NCBI GenBank assembly: GCA_951406725.2
Contig: OX597839.1
Coordinates: forward strand, 23,002,001-23,066,000
Direction: 5' to 3'
DNA: 64,000 nt
Source of the DNA: Octopus vulgaris
Taxonomy: Eukaryota
How positions within the stretch are numbered: position 1 is the first letter of the stretch; each line of letters begins with the position of its first letter. The notes beneath the pieces are model-generated. The model was not told the origin of the DNA. It did no database searches and worked only from the letters and a program-made list of their open reading frames with translations. Positions 12,671 through 24,898 of the stretch are shown in pieces. The position numbers were made by a program, and so were the translations under genes.

Positions 12671-13860
12671 TATACATATACACACACATATATACATACA
12701 TAACATGGTGTGTTTTGTGTGTGTGTATCTGCTTGCCACCAAAATTCTATACATCTTAAATAAACCGTTATATTCAATATGTGTTTATATATCCAGTTAC
12801 CAAATGCTTCATCAAGACCTGCTGCTAACACAGTATGAAACACCAGCCAGACACACAAACTGAAGGCATGATTGGTGTTTGGATGAAGTCTGTGTGTGTG
12901 TGTATTTAGTTCATGCCTGCAATTGTAACCCTTTAGTGGCCCCACTTCTAATGAAATACACTCACTGTGTGCTTAATTAATTTTGTAAATTATTTGCAAA
13001 TTAAGCAGGATTTACTAAAATAACTTTGCTGCTGTAAAGCCATTATTAAATTGTTTATATGAAATTTATAATGGAAATTTAAATTTGATTATAAGCCCTT
13101 AAAAAAATAAAAGGCTTTCTGCTCTAAAACCAGACATAGTCTCATGTGTGTTGACACCAAAACAGCTTAAAATCCTCAAGAGAGGAGCCTAGAAGATAGA
13201 CATCAATTTAGATATAACATGAAAGCATTGAATTGTCTTCTTCTGTGTCTCCAATTAAATTGGGAAACGGATTATTATCCAATATTTCCCCATTTATGAA
13301 TGAACTCTATTTTTCAGTAAAATCAGACAAATTTCCCAGACCAAAAATTTACACCCTAAAAAGGTACGGTTAACTTACACACTAAGATGACAAAGGACTA
13401 AGATGCCTGAGGCCTTGCCGTACTCAAGAAGACCCTTACTGCATGGCAGAAATGTTAAGACCGATCCTTCTGGTGCTATAAGGGTACCCGTGTGGTGCCA
13501 TGTAACAGCACTCAGCACACTCTGTAAAGTGGTTGGTGTTAGGAAGGACATCCAGCTGAAGAAATCATGCCACATCAGACTGGGGTCTGGTGCAGCTCCT
13601 TAGTTTGCCAGCTCTGGTCAAACTGTCAAACCCATGCCAGCATGGACAACAGACGTATGATGATGATGATGATGATGATCATGATGATGATCATGATCAT
13701 GATTGAATGGCAACAGAGATTCAGAGTAAAATCGGAACCAAAGGGCTCCCTTGGCAAAAAATGGGGTTGAGAAACACAGTACTGAGTGATTTAATAATTA
13801 TTCTTATTTTTATTTTTGGCTTATTTTCGTAAGATTGAAAATTTCTTTGCAATCAGCCGG

Positions 13861-13962
13861 AACCAGTTCCGTGCAACCAGCATCGTCTCTGTGGGATGAT
13901 GCTGGAAACAGTTCCATGCAACCAGCATCATCTCTGTGGGGTGATGCTGGAACCAGTTCCAT
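13861..13962. repeat. 45-bp tandem repeat (2.3 copies), each unit a hairpin
   Basis: Units start at 13861, 13906 and 13951; CCAGCATCRTCTC-TGT-GGGRTGATGCTGG stem. Confidence 0.85.
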
Positions 13963-13978
13963 GTCTGTGCGAAGCAAC

Positions 13979-14091
13979 CTGTTCGAGGGTAGAGTTGTAG
14001 TCGTAGCAGTGATAGTGCTGACACTTTGTCTGTTCTTTGTCAGACTTTGGAATAACACTGAGTGTCAATGTCTGGAACCCTGGCAGAAACT
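13979..14091 (-). CDS. Candidate internal exon (EFLPGFQTLTLSVIPKSDKEQTKCQHYHCYDYNSTLEQ)
   Basis: Acceptor tgtgtcacag|AG (phase 1), weak donor CAG|gttgct (phase 0); phases fit the upstream start exons and exon 11018-10868. Confidence 0.3.
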
Positions 14092-14399
14092 CTGTGACAC
14101 ACAGACACACACACACACAGTGGCCAGTGTAACATTGAGGAGCCTAATCCAGCAACAGGAGACGAGGAGTTACATCCTCTTTTATTCATAGAATTATTGT
14201 CTATATACAAAGGTTTGGTAAGCTTTTCACATCCTCCTCTCTTTCTTTCTTTCTTTCTCTCTCCTTCATTCTTTTCCTTTTCCTCTCCCTCCCCCCCCCC
14301 CGACTCCATTTTTTTATTACATATTTCTTGATTTTGGGGGGGTTTTTTTACAGTTTACTAAAACTTTAAGTATTTCCTCCTTGAGTAAATACACACGCA

Positions 14400-14430
<31 letters not shown>

Positions 14431-14969
14431 AAAATACAAGCACATGTTCGTATACACACACAAAAATACATGTACACACACATACACATATTCATAGACA
14501 TATACATTAATGCATATACACACACAGATAGATTCACCTACTTACTATATACACACACATATAAACCACATACACACACCATCACAAACAAATTCACACA
14601 CAAACACTCTCATACTCAGTCCTTAGCACACAAACACACACCCACACTCGCACTCTCTCCCTTTCATCAATCACCATTACTCGGCCTCACTCGTCTGTCA
14701 ATCTTTTCTGTTTTTGTATTTTGTTTGCAGGATTCTCGATTTGAAACAACTTGGAAGGGTCATTATGTCAATAATGACACACACACTGGTTCAATTTATT
14801 GTTAGTCACTTGATCCTTTGTTGTTAGTCAATTGATTAAATATCTAACGAACTAAATAACTGATTGTTTATTGTGTTGCTTAAACAATCAATTGATTGTT
14901 TGTTAGTCAAAGTCCTTTCATCACTATCCATGACCTTCTCACTGACTTGTACTCACCTCTTCAGGTCTT

Positions 14970-15395
14970 CTCTGAGACACAAGGCCTGCTCTGAGTCTCA
15001 AAGTATGCTCTGAGTCTCAAGGTATGCTCTGAGTCTCAAGGTATGCTCTGAGTCTCAAGGTATGCTCTGAACCTCAGGATCTACTCTGAGTTACAAGGTC
15101 TGATCTGAGTCTCAAGGTCTGCTCTGACTCTCAAGGTCTGCTCTGACTCTTAAGGTCTGCTTTGAGTCTCAAGGTCTGCTTTGATTCTCAAAGTCTGCTC
15201 TGAGTCTCAAGGTCTGCTTTGACTCTCAAAGTCTGCTCTGGGTCTCAAAGTCTGCTCTGACTCTCAAGGTCTGCTCTGAGTCTCAAGGTCTGCTCTGACT
15301 CTCAAGGTTTGCTCTGACTCTCAAGGTCTGCTCTGAGTCTCAAGGTCTGCTCTGAGTCTCAAGGTCTACTCTGAGTCTCAAGGTTTGCTCTGAGT
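14970..15395. repeat. 19-bp minisatellite (CTGAGTCTCAAGGTCTGCT), ~22 copies
   Basis: Directly visible, no spacers. Confidence 0.95.
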
Positions 15396-16459
15396 ATTGA
15401 ACCTCTATATGTGTTATTATTATTATTGGAATAACAATTCTCCCAAGACACAAGATTCCAAGTTTAGTTGTCAATTTATTCCTCACACTTTCTTGGTTTT
15501 CTTCTTCCCCTATCAATCCCCCATCTCTCTCTCTCTCTCTCTGCCTTCTGTCTATCCTTGGGTGTCTCTCTTCTCACTCTCTCTCTCTCTACCCTTGGGT
15601 CTTTTTGTAAGCTCTACACACCCCAGTTCACCATCTTCTGCTACACATCTAAACACCCTACCTCTCTCTCCCACTCTCCTTGTCTCTCCCCTGCTATGAA
15701 TATATACATATAGACCCCAATCTCTCTCCCCCACCCTCCACTTCAGCCATCAAACCTCCCCTCCATTTCGACACACCCCACTCACCTCCAACTCCCACCA
15801 CCAACAGTTCTTTCCACCAACACACCCACCTACCCACCGATCCTCACAGAACCTTCCAGCATCCTAATGAGAGTCACTGGTGACGGAGGAGTCTCTACAT
15901 GGTAACGCAAACAGCTAGAAATAGCAGTCAAACAATGGCAGGACACTGAGTGCAGTTACTTGGTCCTTTGGTACTTGTTTGCATAGATCCTGCCAAAGAC
16001 CTCGTCCCATAGAAGCAGATTTGGGGGACATAAATGCTAGACTGGCTTCTCTCTCCACTAGCAGAGAAAGGGAGAAAGGCAAAGAGGGGGGAGAGAAAGC
16101 AGGGAAGGAAAGTGAGGGAGAGTGACAGAGGAGAGAGCAAGATAAAGATATATATTTGTGTGTGTGTGTGTCTTTGTATCAGTGTTTGTCTCCCACCACC
16201 ACTTGACAACTGGTGTTTGCTTGTTTACATCCCCCATGACTTAGCAGTTCGGCAAAAGCACTGACAGAATAAGTACCAGGCTTAATGATAAAAGTTCTGG
16301 GGTCGATTTGTTTGACTAAAAATTCTTCAAGGCAGTGCCCCAGAATGGCCACAGTCTAATGACTGGAATTATTAAGAGATATAGATAGACAAATAGAGAG
16401 GCAGAGCAAATAAACAGACAGACAGACAGAAAGACAGAGAGACAGACAGGCTGACAGGG

Positions 16460-16523
<64 letters not shown>

Positions 16524-18453
16524 CAGACAAGCAGGCAGGCAGCCATGAGCAGGAAAAGCAAGAAAGAGATGAAGAAACCAGCGGAGATAAAAAGAGAGAG
16601 AAGAATTAACCATAATCTTTCATTTGGTACTTTATTTCTCGGCCCTGGGTGGATGAAAGGCAAAATTGACCATCGTGGAATTTGAACTCAGAGCACAGAG
16701 AGCCAGAATAATCCCCACAAGGTATTTTGTGCTATGCCTTGATAACTGTTACCATATTACAGTGTCTGATAAGCAAAACAACATGATGACCACGAATGGA
16801 GTGTCTATAGATCCCAGTCTCCACAGGCAGGGTCAATTAAGAACAACAACACTGTGATCCCAAGGAGAAATATTAATAGGTCAGTTTTGCCATTTTCTAA
16901 TTAGATCTAATTACTGTTTTAATTGACACAGATTCTTCTCAGACAAATGGAACTAATCATCTGCTACTTAATTAATAACACTAATGATGTAATCTTTCAT
17001 GAATACCAAAGCAGTTCTCGCATAGGCAGCACAAAGATACAGATGGAAAAGCGGGGAGTTGGGGGTCAGTCAGTTTATTCAGCCTCATTTCATGCCTGGT
17101 GCTTGTTTAATCCACCTTCAGGGGATGACAAACTAAAATTGGTAACAGCAGGATCAGAACTCGCAATGTTAGGTATCACACAGCTATGTGCTGAGAAAAA
17201 AACTCCCAAAAAAACCTGTTGAATCTGGTTTACTAGGTTTGTTCATTCCCCCCCCCCACTATTTTGGAGTAAAAAAAAGAAACCCTATCATTTTGGCTGA
17301 TGCTGGAGTCATGTAACTGGCACCCATGCTGGGGGCACATAAAAAGCATCCTTCAAACTTTGGGTCTTACAGAGGCAGTGACAAGTGACCATGCTACAGA
17401 AGACCTTTAAAGCTAAGTGAGATCACAGTCATGGTGTTTTGTAACTGGCACATGTGCCAGTGGCACGTAAAAAGCACCGACTATACTCTCAGAGAGGTTG
17501 GCATTAGGAAGGGCATCCAGCTGTAGAAACGCTGCCAGATCAGACTGGAGCCTGGTACAACAGCCCCTGCAGCTTACCAGTTCTCAGTCAAACCGTCCAA
17601 CCCATGCCAGCATGGAAAACAGACGTTAAACAATGATGATGATGATGATGATGTTCAAGAGTCATTAGCAGTGGAATCTCACTGTGGCTCTCAGGGCCAC
17701 ATGTGGCCCTCATGCATCCTTCTGGCAGACCCTGACAGTCTTCCCTCCATAAATATAATAATTTTTACTTTAATTAACTCGTTTTATGCTTTTTGGAGCA
17801 GCCCCTTAAAAAATCCAGGTTTTGGATTTAGCCCCTGATATTAAAAAGGTTGAGAAACTCTAGTCCCTACCTTCTCTCCATCCCCATCTCTCTCTCTCTT
17901 CTTCCACCCCGCTTCTGTCTCTCTCTCTGTCTCCCTCTCTCCTTTGGACTCCAAACAATATTTTTCTCCACCCATGGCTCCCACCCACCGGCTTTTCAAC
18001 AGCATGGCCCTGGCAATCAAATTATCTAATTAAATTATTTAATAGCTCATAACCACAGCCATGTGGTTAAGAAGTTCACTTCACAACCATTTGGTTCCAG
18101 GTTCCAGCCCACTGCACAGCAGTTTGAACAGGTGTTCCCTACTGTAGTCTGTAGTCTTTGGTTGTGTTACTCCTCAGGAGTGGAATTTGGCCAATGGAAA
18201 CTGTGCAGAAGACTGTCTTCTGCATAGCTTTGTATGTGAATGTGTTTTGTGTGTGTGTGTGTGAGTGTGTGTGTGTGTGTGTGTGTATTGTGTGTACTGT
18301 TGTGTAGGCTGTGTGAGTGTATTGTTGTGTATATGTGTACATGTGTATGTACGTATGTTATTGTATGTGTGTACTGTTGTGTATGTGTGTGTGTACATAC
18401 TATCGTGCATGGGTACTTGGGTACTGTTTTGTGCATCTATGCATATGTGGGCG

Positions 18454-18492
<39 letters not shown>

Positions 18493-18992
18493 ATGTGTAC
18501 TGTTTTTGGTGTGTGTACTGCTATGTTTGTATGTATGTGTAAGTACTTGTGTGCTTGTATATACCTTTATGTGTATGTATGTTTGTGTGTGTGTGCATGT
18601 GTACTGCTATGTATGTGTGTATATTGCCATGTGTATATGTGTAATACCACTATGTTGAGTTGCATTCCATTATACAAAAAAAAAAGACAAAAACTCGGTT
18701 GGCTGATCAATAAAGATCAATAGAAATCGATAGACCATGTACCAGCTTGAAATAGGTGCTGGGGTCAATGTGACTGACAAACACAAGAAAAACAAAACAA
18801 AAGACTCTCCAAAACAATGGCGGCCCAGCATGGCCAGAATTGAATGTCAGCAAAGCAAGAGAACAGAAGAATACAAGAATATCGATTAAATCCTGTTGAT
18901 AGTGACCTCGAAGGGAATCCTAAACTCTGTGTGAAGAAATGACAGCATTAAACGTTTAGCATTCAGATTAATGTAAAGATTATCTTTATCCA

Positions 18993-19700
18993 CATTGCTT
19001 TGAATTAATCATGGAGTGGCGCAGGAGTGGCTGTGTGGTAAGTAGCTTGTTTACGAACCACATGGTTCCGGGTTCAGTCCCACTGCGTGGCACCTTGGGC
19101 ATGTGTCTTCTACTATAGCCTCGGGCCGAGCAAAGCCTTGTGAGTGGATTTGGTAGACGGAAACTGAAACAAGCCTGTCGTATATATGTATATATATGTA
19201 AATGTATGTATGTGTGTGTATATGTTTGTGTATCTGTGTTTGTCCCCCTAGCATTGCTTTGAATTAATCATGGAGTGGCGCAGGAGTGGCTGTGTGATAA
19301 GTAGCTTGTTTACCAACCACATGGTTCCGGGTTCAGTCCCACTGCATGGCACCTTGGGCAAGTGTCTTCTACTATAGCCTCGGGCCGACCAAAGCCTTGT
19401 GAGTGGATTTGGTAGACGGAAACTGAAAGAAGCTTGTCGTATATATGTATATATATATATATGTGTATGTATGTTTGTTTGTGTGTCTGTGTTTGTCCCC
19501 CTAGCATTTCTTGACAACTGATGCTGGTGTGTTTATGTCCCCGTAACTTAGCGGTTCGGCCAAAGAGACCGATAGAATAAGTACTGGGCTTACAAAAGAA
19601 TAAGTCCTGGGGTCGAGTTGCTCGATTAAAGGCGGTGCTCCAGCATGGCTGCAGTCAAATGACTGAAACAAGTAAAAAGAGAGAAAAAGAGTAAAAGAGT
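18993..19700 (+). mobile_element. SINE-A with tandem duplication of its 5' half plus flank, inside a piggyBac-type MITE
   Basis: 18993-19252 is repeated from 19253; full SINE at 19277-19700. Confidence 0.9.
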
Positions 19701-20233
19701 ATCTCATAGCTTTGAGATTTCAATGATGCGATTGTTTAGTTTTGGAATGATAGTGTAGGCTAGGTTTGAGAGGCTGTATCTGGCCAGTTCGAACATAAAC
19801 AGGTTCAAAAATATTTGGGCTGGGTGTGGCCCCTTCAACCCTTTAGCATTCAGATTATTCTGTCAAATGTAAAGCTTATTTATTCACATTATTTTGTGCT
19901 AATCATGGATTATCTCTAGGCTTCAAGATTTTGATGACCGGATTGTTTGTTTTTAGAATGACAATGCAGGATAGGTGTGAGAGACTGGATATGGCCGATT
20001 TGAACATAAAACAGAATATATATATAAATTATAATTTAGGGTATCTAAGGGATACCACCACGTTGGAAATAGCAGCCAAAACTTGACTCTAAAACCACAT
20101 TAAATGTTCATAATAATTATTACCTTTGAAGGTTTTTATTCTCATGCTGGCCGCTTGATAAGATCAATATTTAAATTAAATATCTTGTGCTTGTTTATAT
20201 AAATATATATATACATATTTATTTTATAGAAGG

Positions 20234-20326
20234 AGCTTCTACAGGACTAGAACTGTTTCATTCAAATGAAATCTTCAGGAAGCTTCCTGAAGATTTCATC
20301 TGAATGAAACAATTCCTGTAGAAGCT
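20234..20326. ncRNA. Back-to-back type-I hammerhead motifs (minus 20234-20284; plus 20281-20326) in a PLE-like palindrome 20225-20335
   Basis: AGCTTC-CTGAAGA-TTTC(4 nt)GAAT-GAAAC..GTA-GAAGCT on both strands. Confidence 0.7.
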
Positions 20327-20869
20327 CCTTCTATATAATAAATTAATTTACTCTGCTATGTATTGAGTACCTTATTTACTGTGGCTAACCCCGACTCAAC
20401 CCGGGACCTACATATATATATATATATATATAGAAAGAGAGAGAGAGAGAGAGAGAGCAAATGGCTATGGTCAATTTGAGTGTGAAGTCGGGGCTATTTC
20501 CAGAGAATCACTCAACCTGAACACAGGGCTATCAACAACACTGTCAGGATCGAAGCCAAGGCTGGAATACTTCTGGTGCAGAAAATTCAAGTTTCTCAAC
20601 GATTATACCATCATATGGTTTGGTGAAGAGTAAATAATCCAATGAAAAGAAGACAAAGAAAATTCTTTAGCAGTGGAGCAAGAACACACACAAAAACAAA
20701 AAGTGTTGCTGAAGAGGTCACAGATGTGTGACGAAAGATTTTCGGACATGAGTTAGAATAATGAAATAAGAACAGTAATAAATGAGTGAAGGAAAAAAAA
20801 TATAAAGTGTCTATTTGGCAAAAGAAAAATTACCATCCTGAAATACAGCAATACATAATGTATGTAAAT

Positions 20870-21155
<286 letters not shown>

Positions 21156-21481
21156 ATTACTGAGGTATAAATCATTAATTGTATATCTTTAGCCTTCAGA
21201 TTACTCTGTCAAATATATCGCTCATTTATTTCCATTGTTTTGAATTAATCAGGGATTATCTCACAGCTTTGAGATTTCCATGATCTGATTGTTTTATTTT
21301 TAGAATGACATTGTGGGGTAGGCATAAGAGGCTGGATCTGGCTGCTTTGAACATAAAATGGGCAGAATATTGGTGCTGGATACTGTTGGCTTAAATGCCA
21401 GAGGGTTGAAATATCCAAACTGAGTGTGTATCACAGCTCTCAGGGTTTATTATCTTTCAAGTCATCATTGGTCCTAACGAT

Positions 21482-21542
21482 ATAGGTTATACCTCACTGA
21501 TGAGGTGTAATAATGCTGAAACATGTCTGAAGTTGTCCCTAT
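21482..21542 (+). ncRNA. Degenerate minimal hammerhead motif
   Basis: CCTCA-CTGATGA-GGTG..TGCT-GAAACATGTC-TGAAG with outer ATAGG/CCTAT pairing. Confidence 0.5.
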
Positions 21543-22447
21543 ATGCCATACACTTCCTACAGCAATGTCTACAACATAGCTTAAGTTTAACTAAAACTCT
21601 TAGGTTGTCTCCCCTGTCTTTTTTGACCAGAATTGATGGTTAAGCTAACTAAGTCAGCAAAAGAGCGTGTGTGTGTGTGGGGTGGGTCTGTGGATGTGCT
21701 AGAAACAGCAGTCAAATCCCCCTCAACTCACATCCTACCATCTTAGAAGACATTGGATAACACTACTGGGTTACCTGTACACAGGAAAGCAACAGGGTGG
21801 TCACGAATGGAGTGTCTTTGACCAAAGGCCTGCTCTATCAGGCTCAACTTGGTGCAAACCGACAACATCAAGATAACAAATCTATCTCCTCAACACAAGT
21901 GTAATATCAATTAATTAATTCAAAATCTCTCCCTCATTCCATTAAGTGTATTGGTATCCACTTTACTAAAGTCTAACACTAGTCACAAAAAATGACAAAC
22001 CTACAAGTAGAAGAGAAAGTTAGTAGACTGTGTGTCTCTTGAATTCACTTTGATTAACAATAAAGCAATTTGGTGCCAGCCAGATGTTAATAGTCAATGA
22101 GATCATCCACCAGCAGATGTGATGATGTCACCAATAGACTACTTCTGCTGCTAATATTAATAATACACTTACAGGTGCAGGTGTGGTTGTGTGGTAAGAA
22201 GCTTGCTTCCCAACCCCATGGTTCTGGGTTCAGTCCCACTGCGTGGCACCTTGGGCAAGTGACCTCTACTATAACCTTGGGCTGACCAAAACCTCCTCAT
22301 GAGTGGATGTAGTAGACAGAAATTGAAAGGCACTAGTTGTATGTATGTATATCAATCTATTTATCTATCTATCTATATATATATACAAATATATATATAT
22401 ATATACAAATATATATATATATATTCATATATTTATATATTTATATA

Positions 22448-22560
22448 TAAAGCAGCAGAAAATTCAACAAAATCTGTTACTCTGAGTTTCTCGTTGCCGT
22501 TCATCAGACTGTCTGATGAAACTCAGAGTAACAGATTTTGTTGAATTTTCTGCTGCTTTA
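22448..22560. mobile_element. PLE-like palindrome with hammerhead core
   Basis: Arms centred on 22510; minus strand reads CTGATGA-ACG GCAA CGA-GAAACTCAGAGTA-ACAG. Confidence 0.65.
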
Positions 22561-22579
22561 AATAAAGCATATTACTTTA

Positions 22580-22626
22580 TATTTATGTATATATATATTT
22601 GTATTTATATATATATATATATAATT

Positions 22627-22672
<46 letters not shown>

Positions 22673-22847
22673 CATTTTATATATAATATATATATTATAT
22701 ATATATATATATATTTATATATATACATTTTATATATAATATATATATTTATATATATATATATTTATGTATATACATTTTATATATAATATATATATTT
22801 ATATATATATATATATATTTATATATATACATTTTATATATAATATA

Positions 22848-22895
<48 letters not shown>
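22580..22895. repeat. (TA)-rich microsatellite with a higher-order TACATTTTATATATAATATATAT unit
   Basis: Directly visible. Confidence 0.9.
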
Positions 22896-22898
<3 letters not shown>

Positions 22899-22964
22899 AT
22901 AAATTTTTTTCAAAAAGTTTTCAAGTGGCCAGCATATTAAAATACCTTTTAAGGTGAAAATTAT

Positions 22965-23482
22965 AAACAATTATAAATAAGAGCAAAAGAAAAAAATTCT
23001 CTGCTAATATGCTGAGAAATAGACTTTAAATCGTCAATCACCACATACGATATACATCACTATAGAATACACATCATGCTGAATTGAGGAAAGCAAGCTA
23101 ATGGAATTTTTTTTTTAAAGCATATATATTTAGAAATATACTAGGGGACTTAAGTGTACTCATGATTTTTTGCTTCTGCTTTTTTCCATGGGTGCTTGTA
23201 AGTATTTCGTTTATTTCTTATCGCATTTTCTGCTGATGAGGCAAAAAATCCGTTGGATTAATCCCGAAATTCATCAATACAGAGATAACGCTTTTTTTTA
23301 AAAAAAATTCGCGCAGGAGTGGCTGTGTGGTAAGTAGCTTGCTAACCAACCACATGGTTCCGGGATCAGTCCCACTGCGTGGCATCTTGGGCAAGTGTCT
23401 TCTGCTATAGCCCCGGGCCGACCAATGCCTTGTGAGTAGATTTGGTAGACGGAAACTGAAATAAGCCTGTCGTATATATGTT

Positions 23483-23513
<31 letters not shown>

Positions 23514-23858
23514 TTGTCCCCCTAGCATTGCTTGACAACCGATGCTGGTGTGTTTACGTCCCCGTCACTTAGCAGTTTGGCAAAAGAGACCGATAGAATA
23601 AGTACTGGGCTTACAAAGAATAAGTCCCGGGGTCGATTTGCTCGACTAAAAAAGGCGGTGCTCCAGCATGACCGCAGTCAAATGACTGAAACAAGTAAAA
23701 GAGTAAAAGAGTAAAAGAGTAACTTGCTTTCCTCGATTCAGCACAATGTGTATTCTATATTGGGGTATACATGGTATTTGGTGATTGATGATTTAAAGTC
23801 TATTTCTCAGCTTATTGGCATAGAAATTTTTTTCTTTTGCCCTTATTTATGATTGTAT
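22965..23858. mobile_element. PLE-like element: ~135-bp inverted arms (22965-23100 / 23720-23858), internal hammerhead (23225-23286) and a young SINE-A insert (23311-23720)
   Basis: CTGAGAAATAGACTTTAAATC..GAGGAAAGCAAG pairs with CTTGCTTTCCTC..GATTTAAAGTCTATTTCTCAG; TTTCTG-CTGATGA-GG..CC-GAAATT CATC AATA-CAGAGA. Confidence 0.7.
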
Positions 23859-23960
23859 ACACACACACACACACACACACACATTTCCTTCATTTTGCTG
23901 CTTTTCTTTCTATGAAATGAGAAGCTACATTGTGGGACTGTTATTTTAACGAGCTGTGTC

Positions 23961-24076
23961 TATTTATCACTTGATGAGACACATCTGCACTGCCAGATGC
24001 TCCTGGATCAGTTGTTGAGTGTCCCACCTGTGAGGGATCCATGCAAGATGTGTCGGAACAATTGTTGTGATTAATA
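23961..24076 (+). ncRNA. Hammerhead fold with mutated core
   Basis: ATCAC-TTGATGA-GACACATCT..AGATGTGTC-GGAAC AATT GTT-GTGAT. Confidence 0.6.
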
Positions 24077-24133
24077 ATAAATTCTCATATATATTCCATC
24101 TTCCATCTTTCATTTATTATATATATATATATA

Positions 24134-24364
24134 TATTTCTTTATTGCCCACAAGGGGCTAAACATAGAGAAGACAAACAAGAATAGACAAAGGGTTTAAG
24201 TTGATTACATCAACCCCAGTGCGAAACTGGTACTTTATTTATCAACCCCGAAAGGATGAAAGGCAAAGACGACCTCGGCAGAATTTGAACTCAGAACGTA
24301 ACGGCAGACGAAATACGGCTACGCATTTCGCCCGGCGTGCTAACGTTTCTGCAAGCTCGCTGCC
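24134..24364 (-). mobile_element. SINE family B monomer in (TA)n
   Basis: Full unit with tRNA-like head GCGAGCT.GCAGAAACGTTAGCACGCCGGGCGAAATGC. Confidence 0.9.
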
Positions 24365-24898
24365 TATATATATATATATATATATTTCGCTTGACAACTA
24401 ATGTTGGTATGTTCCCATAACTTAGCACTTCAGCAAAAGAGACTGATAGAATAAGTACTAAGCTTACAAAGAATAAGTCCTGGAATTGATTTGTTCGACT
24501 AAAGGCTGGTCCTTGGCTATTGTTAGTGGATTCCACTCTGTTGCAAACCCTACCAAAGAGTCTTGGAAGCCCTGCAAAGGCTGAGGGGTACTGTCCTTTC
24601 TTCTCTTCATAAACTCTTCAAAGACTTCTCGGAGCTAACACGTCATCAGCAACAATATTTTAGGCCTTTTCTCCCATCAGTTAACAGAGCTGCCTTGGTC
24701 TGAGTCAGTTCTTACCTTCACCATAGGCTGATGGCCACATCTCTGCTCAAGCATTTCATTTCTGGCATGAATCCTATAACTGGATACTCTTCCTATCACC
24801 AACCTCTTCACATAGTGCACTGGGAATATCTTAATCATGACACCAGCACCAGAAAAGTTGTCCAGCCCTCAGCAACACTATGTCAGATTGGCATAGAG

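Noticed and set aside
14700-14830. Strong plus-strand acceptor ttttgtttgcag|GATTCTCG
   Set aside because: No convincing donor or partner plus-strand exons; frames close quickly
20517-20574. Minus-strand mini-exon KYSSLGFDPDSVVDSPVF
   Set aside because: Weak donor (gttgag) and entry phase incompatible with the phase-1 upstream donors
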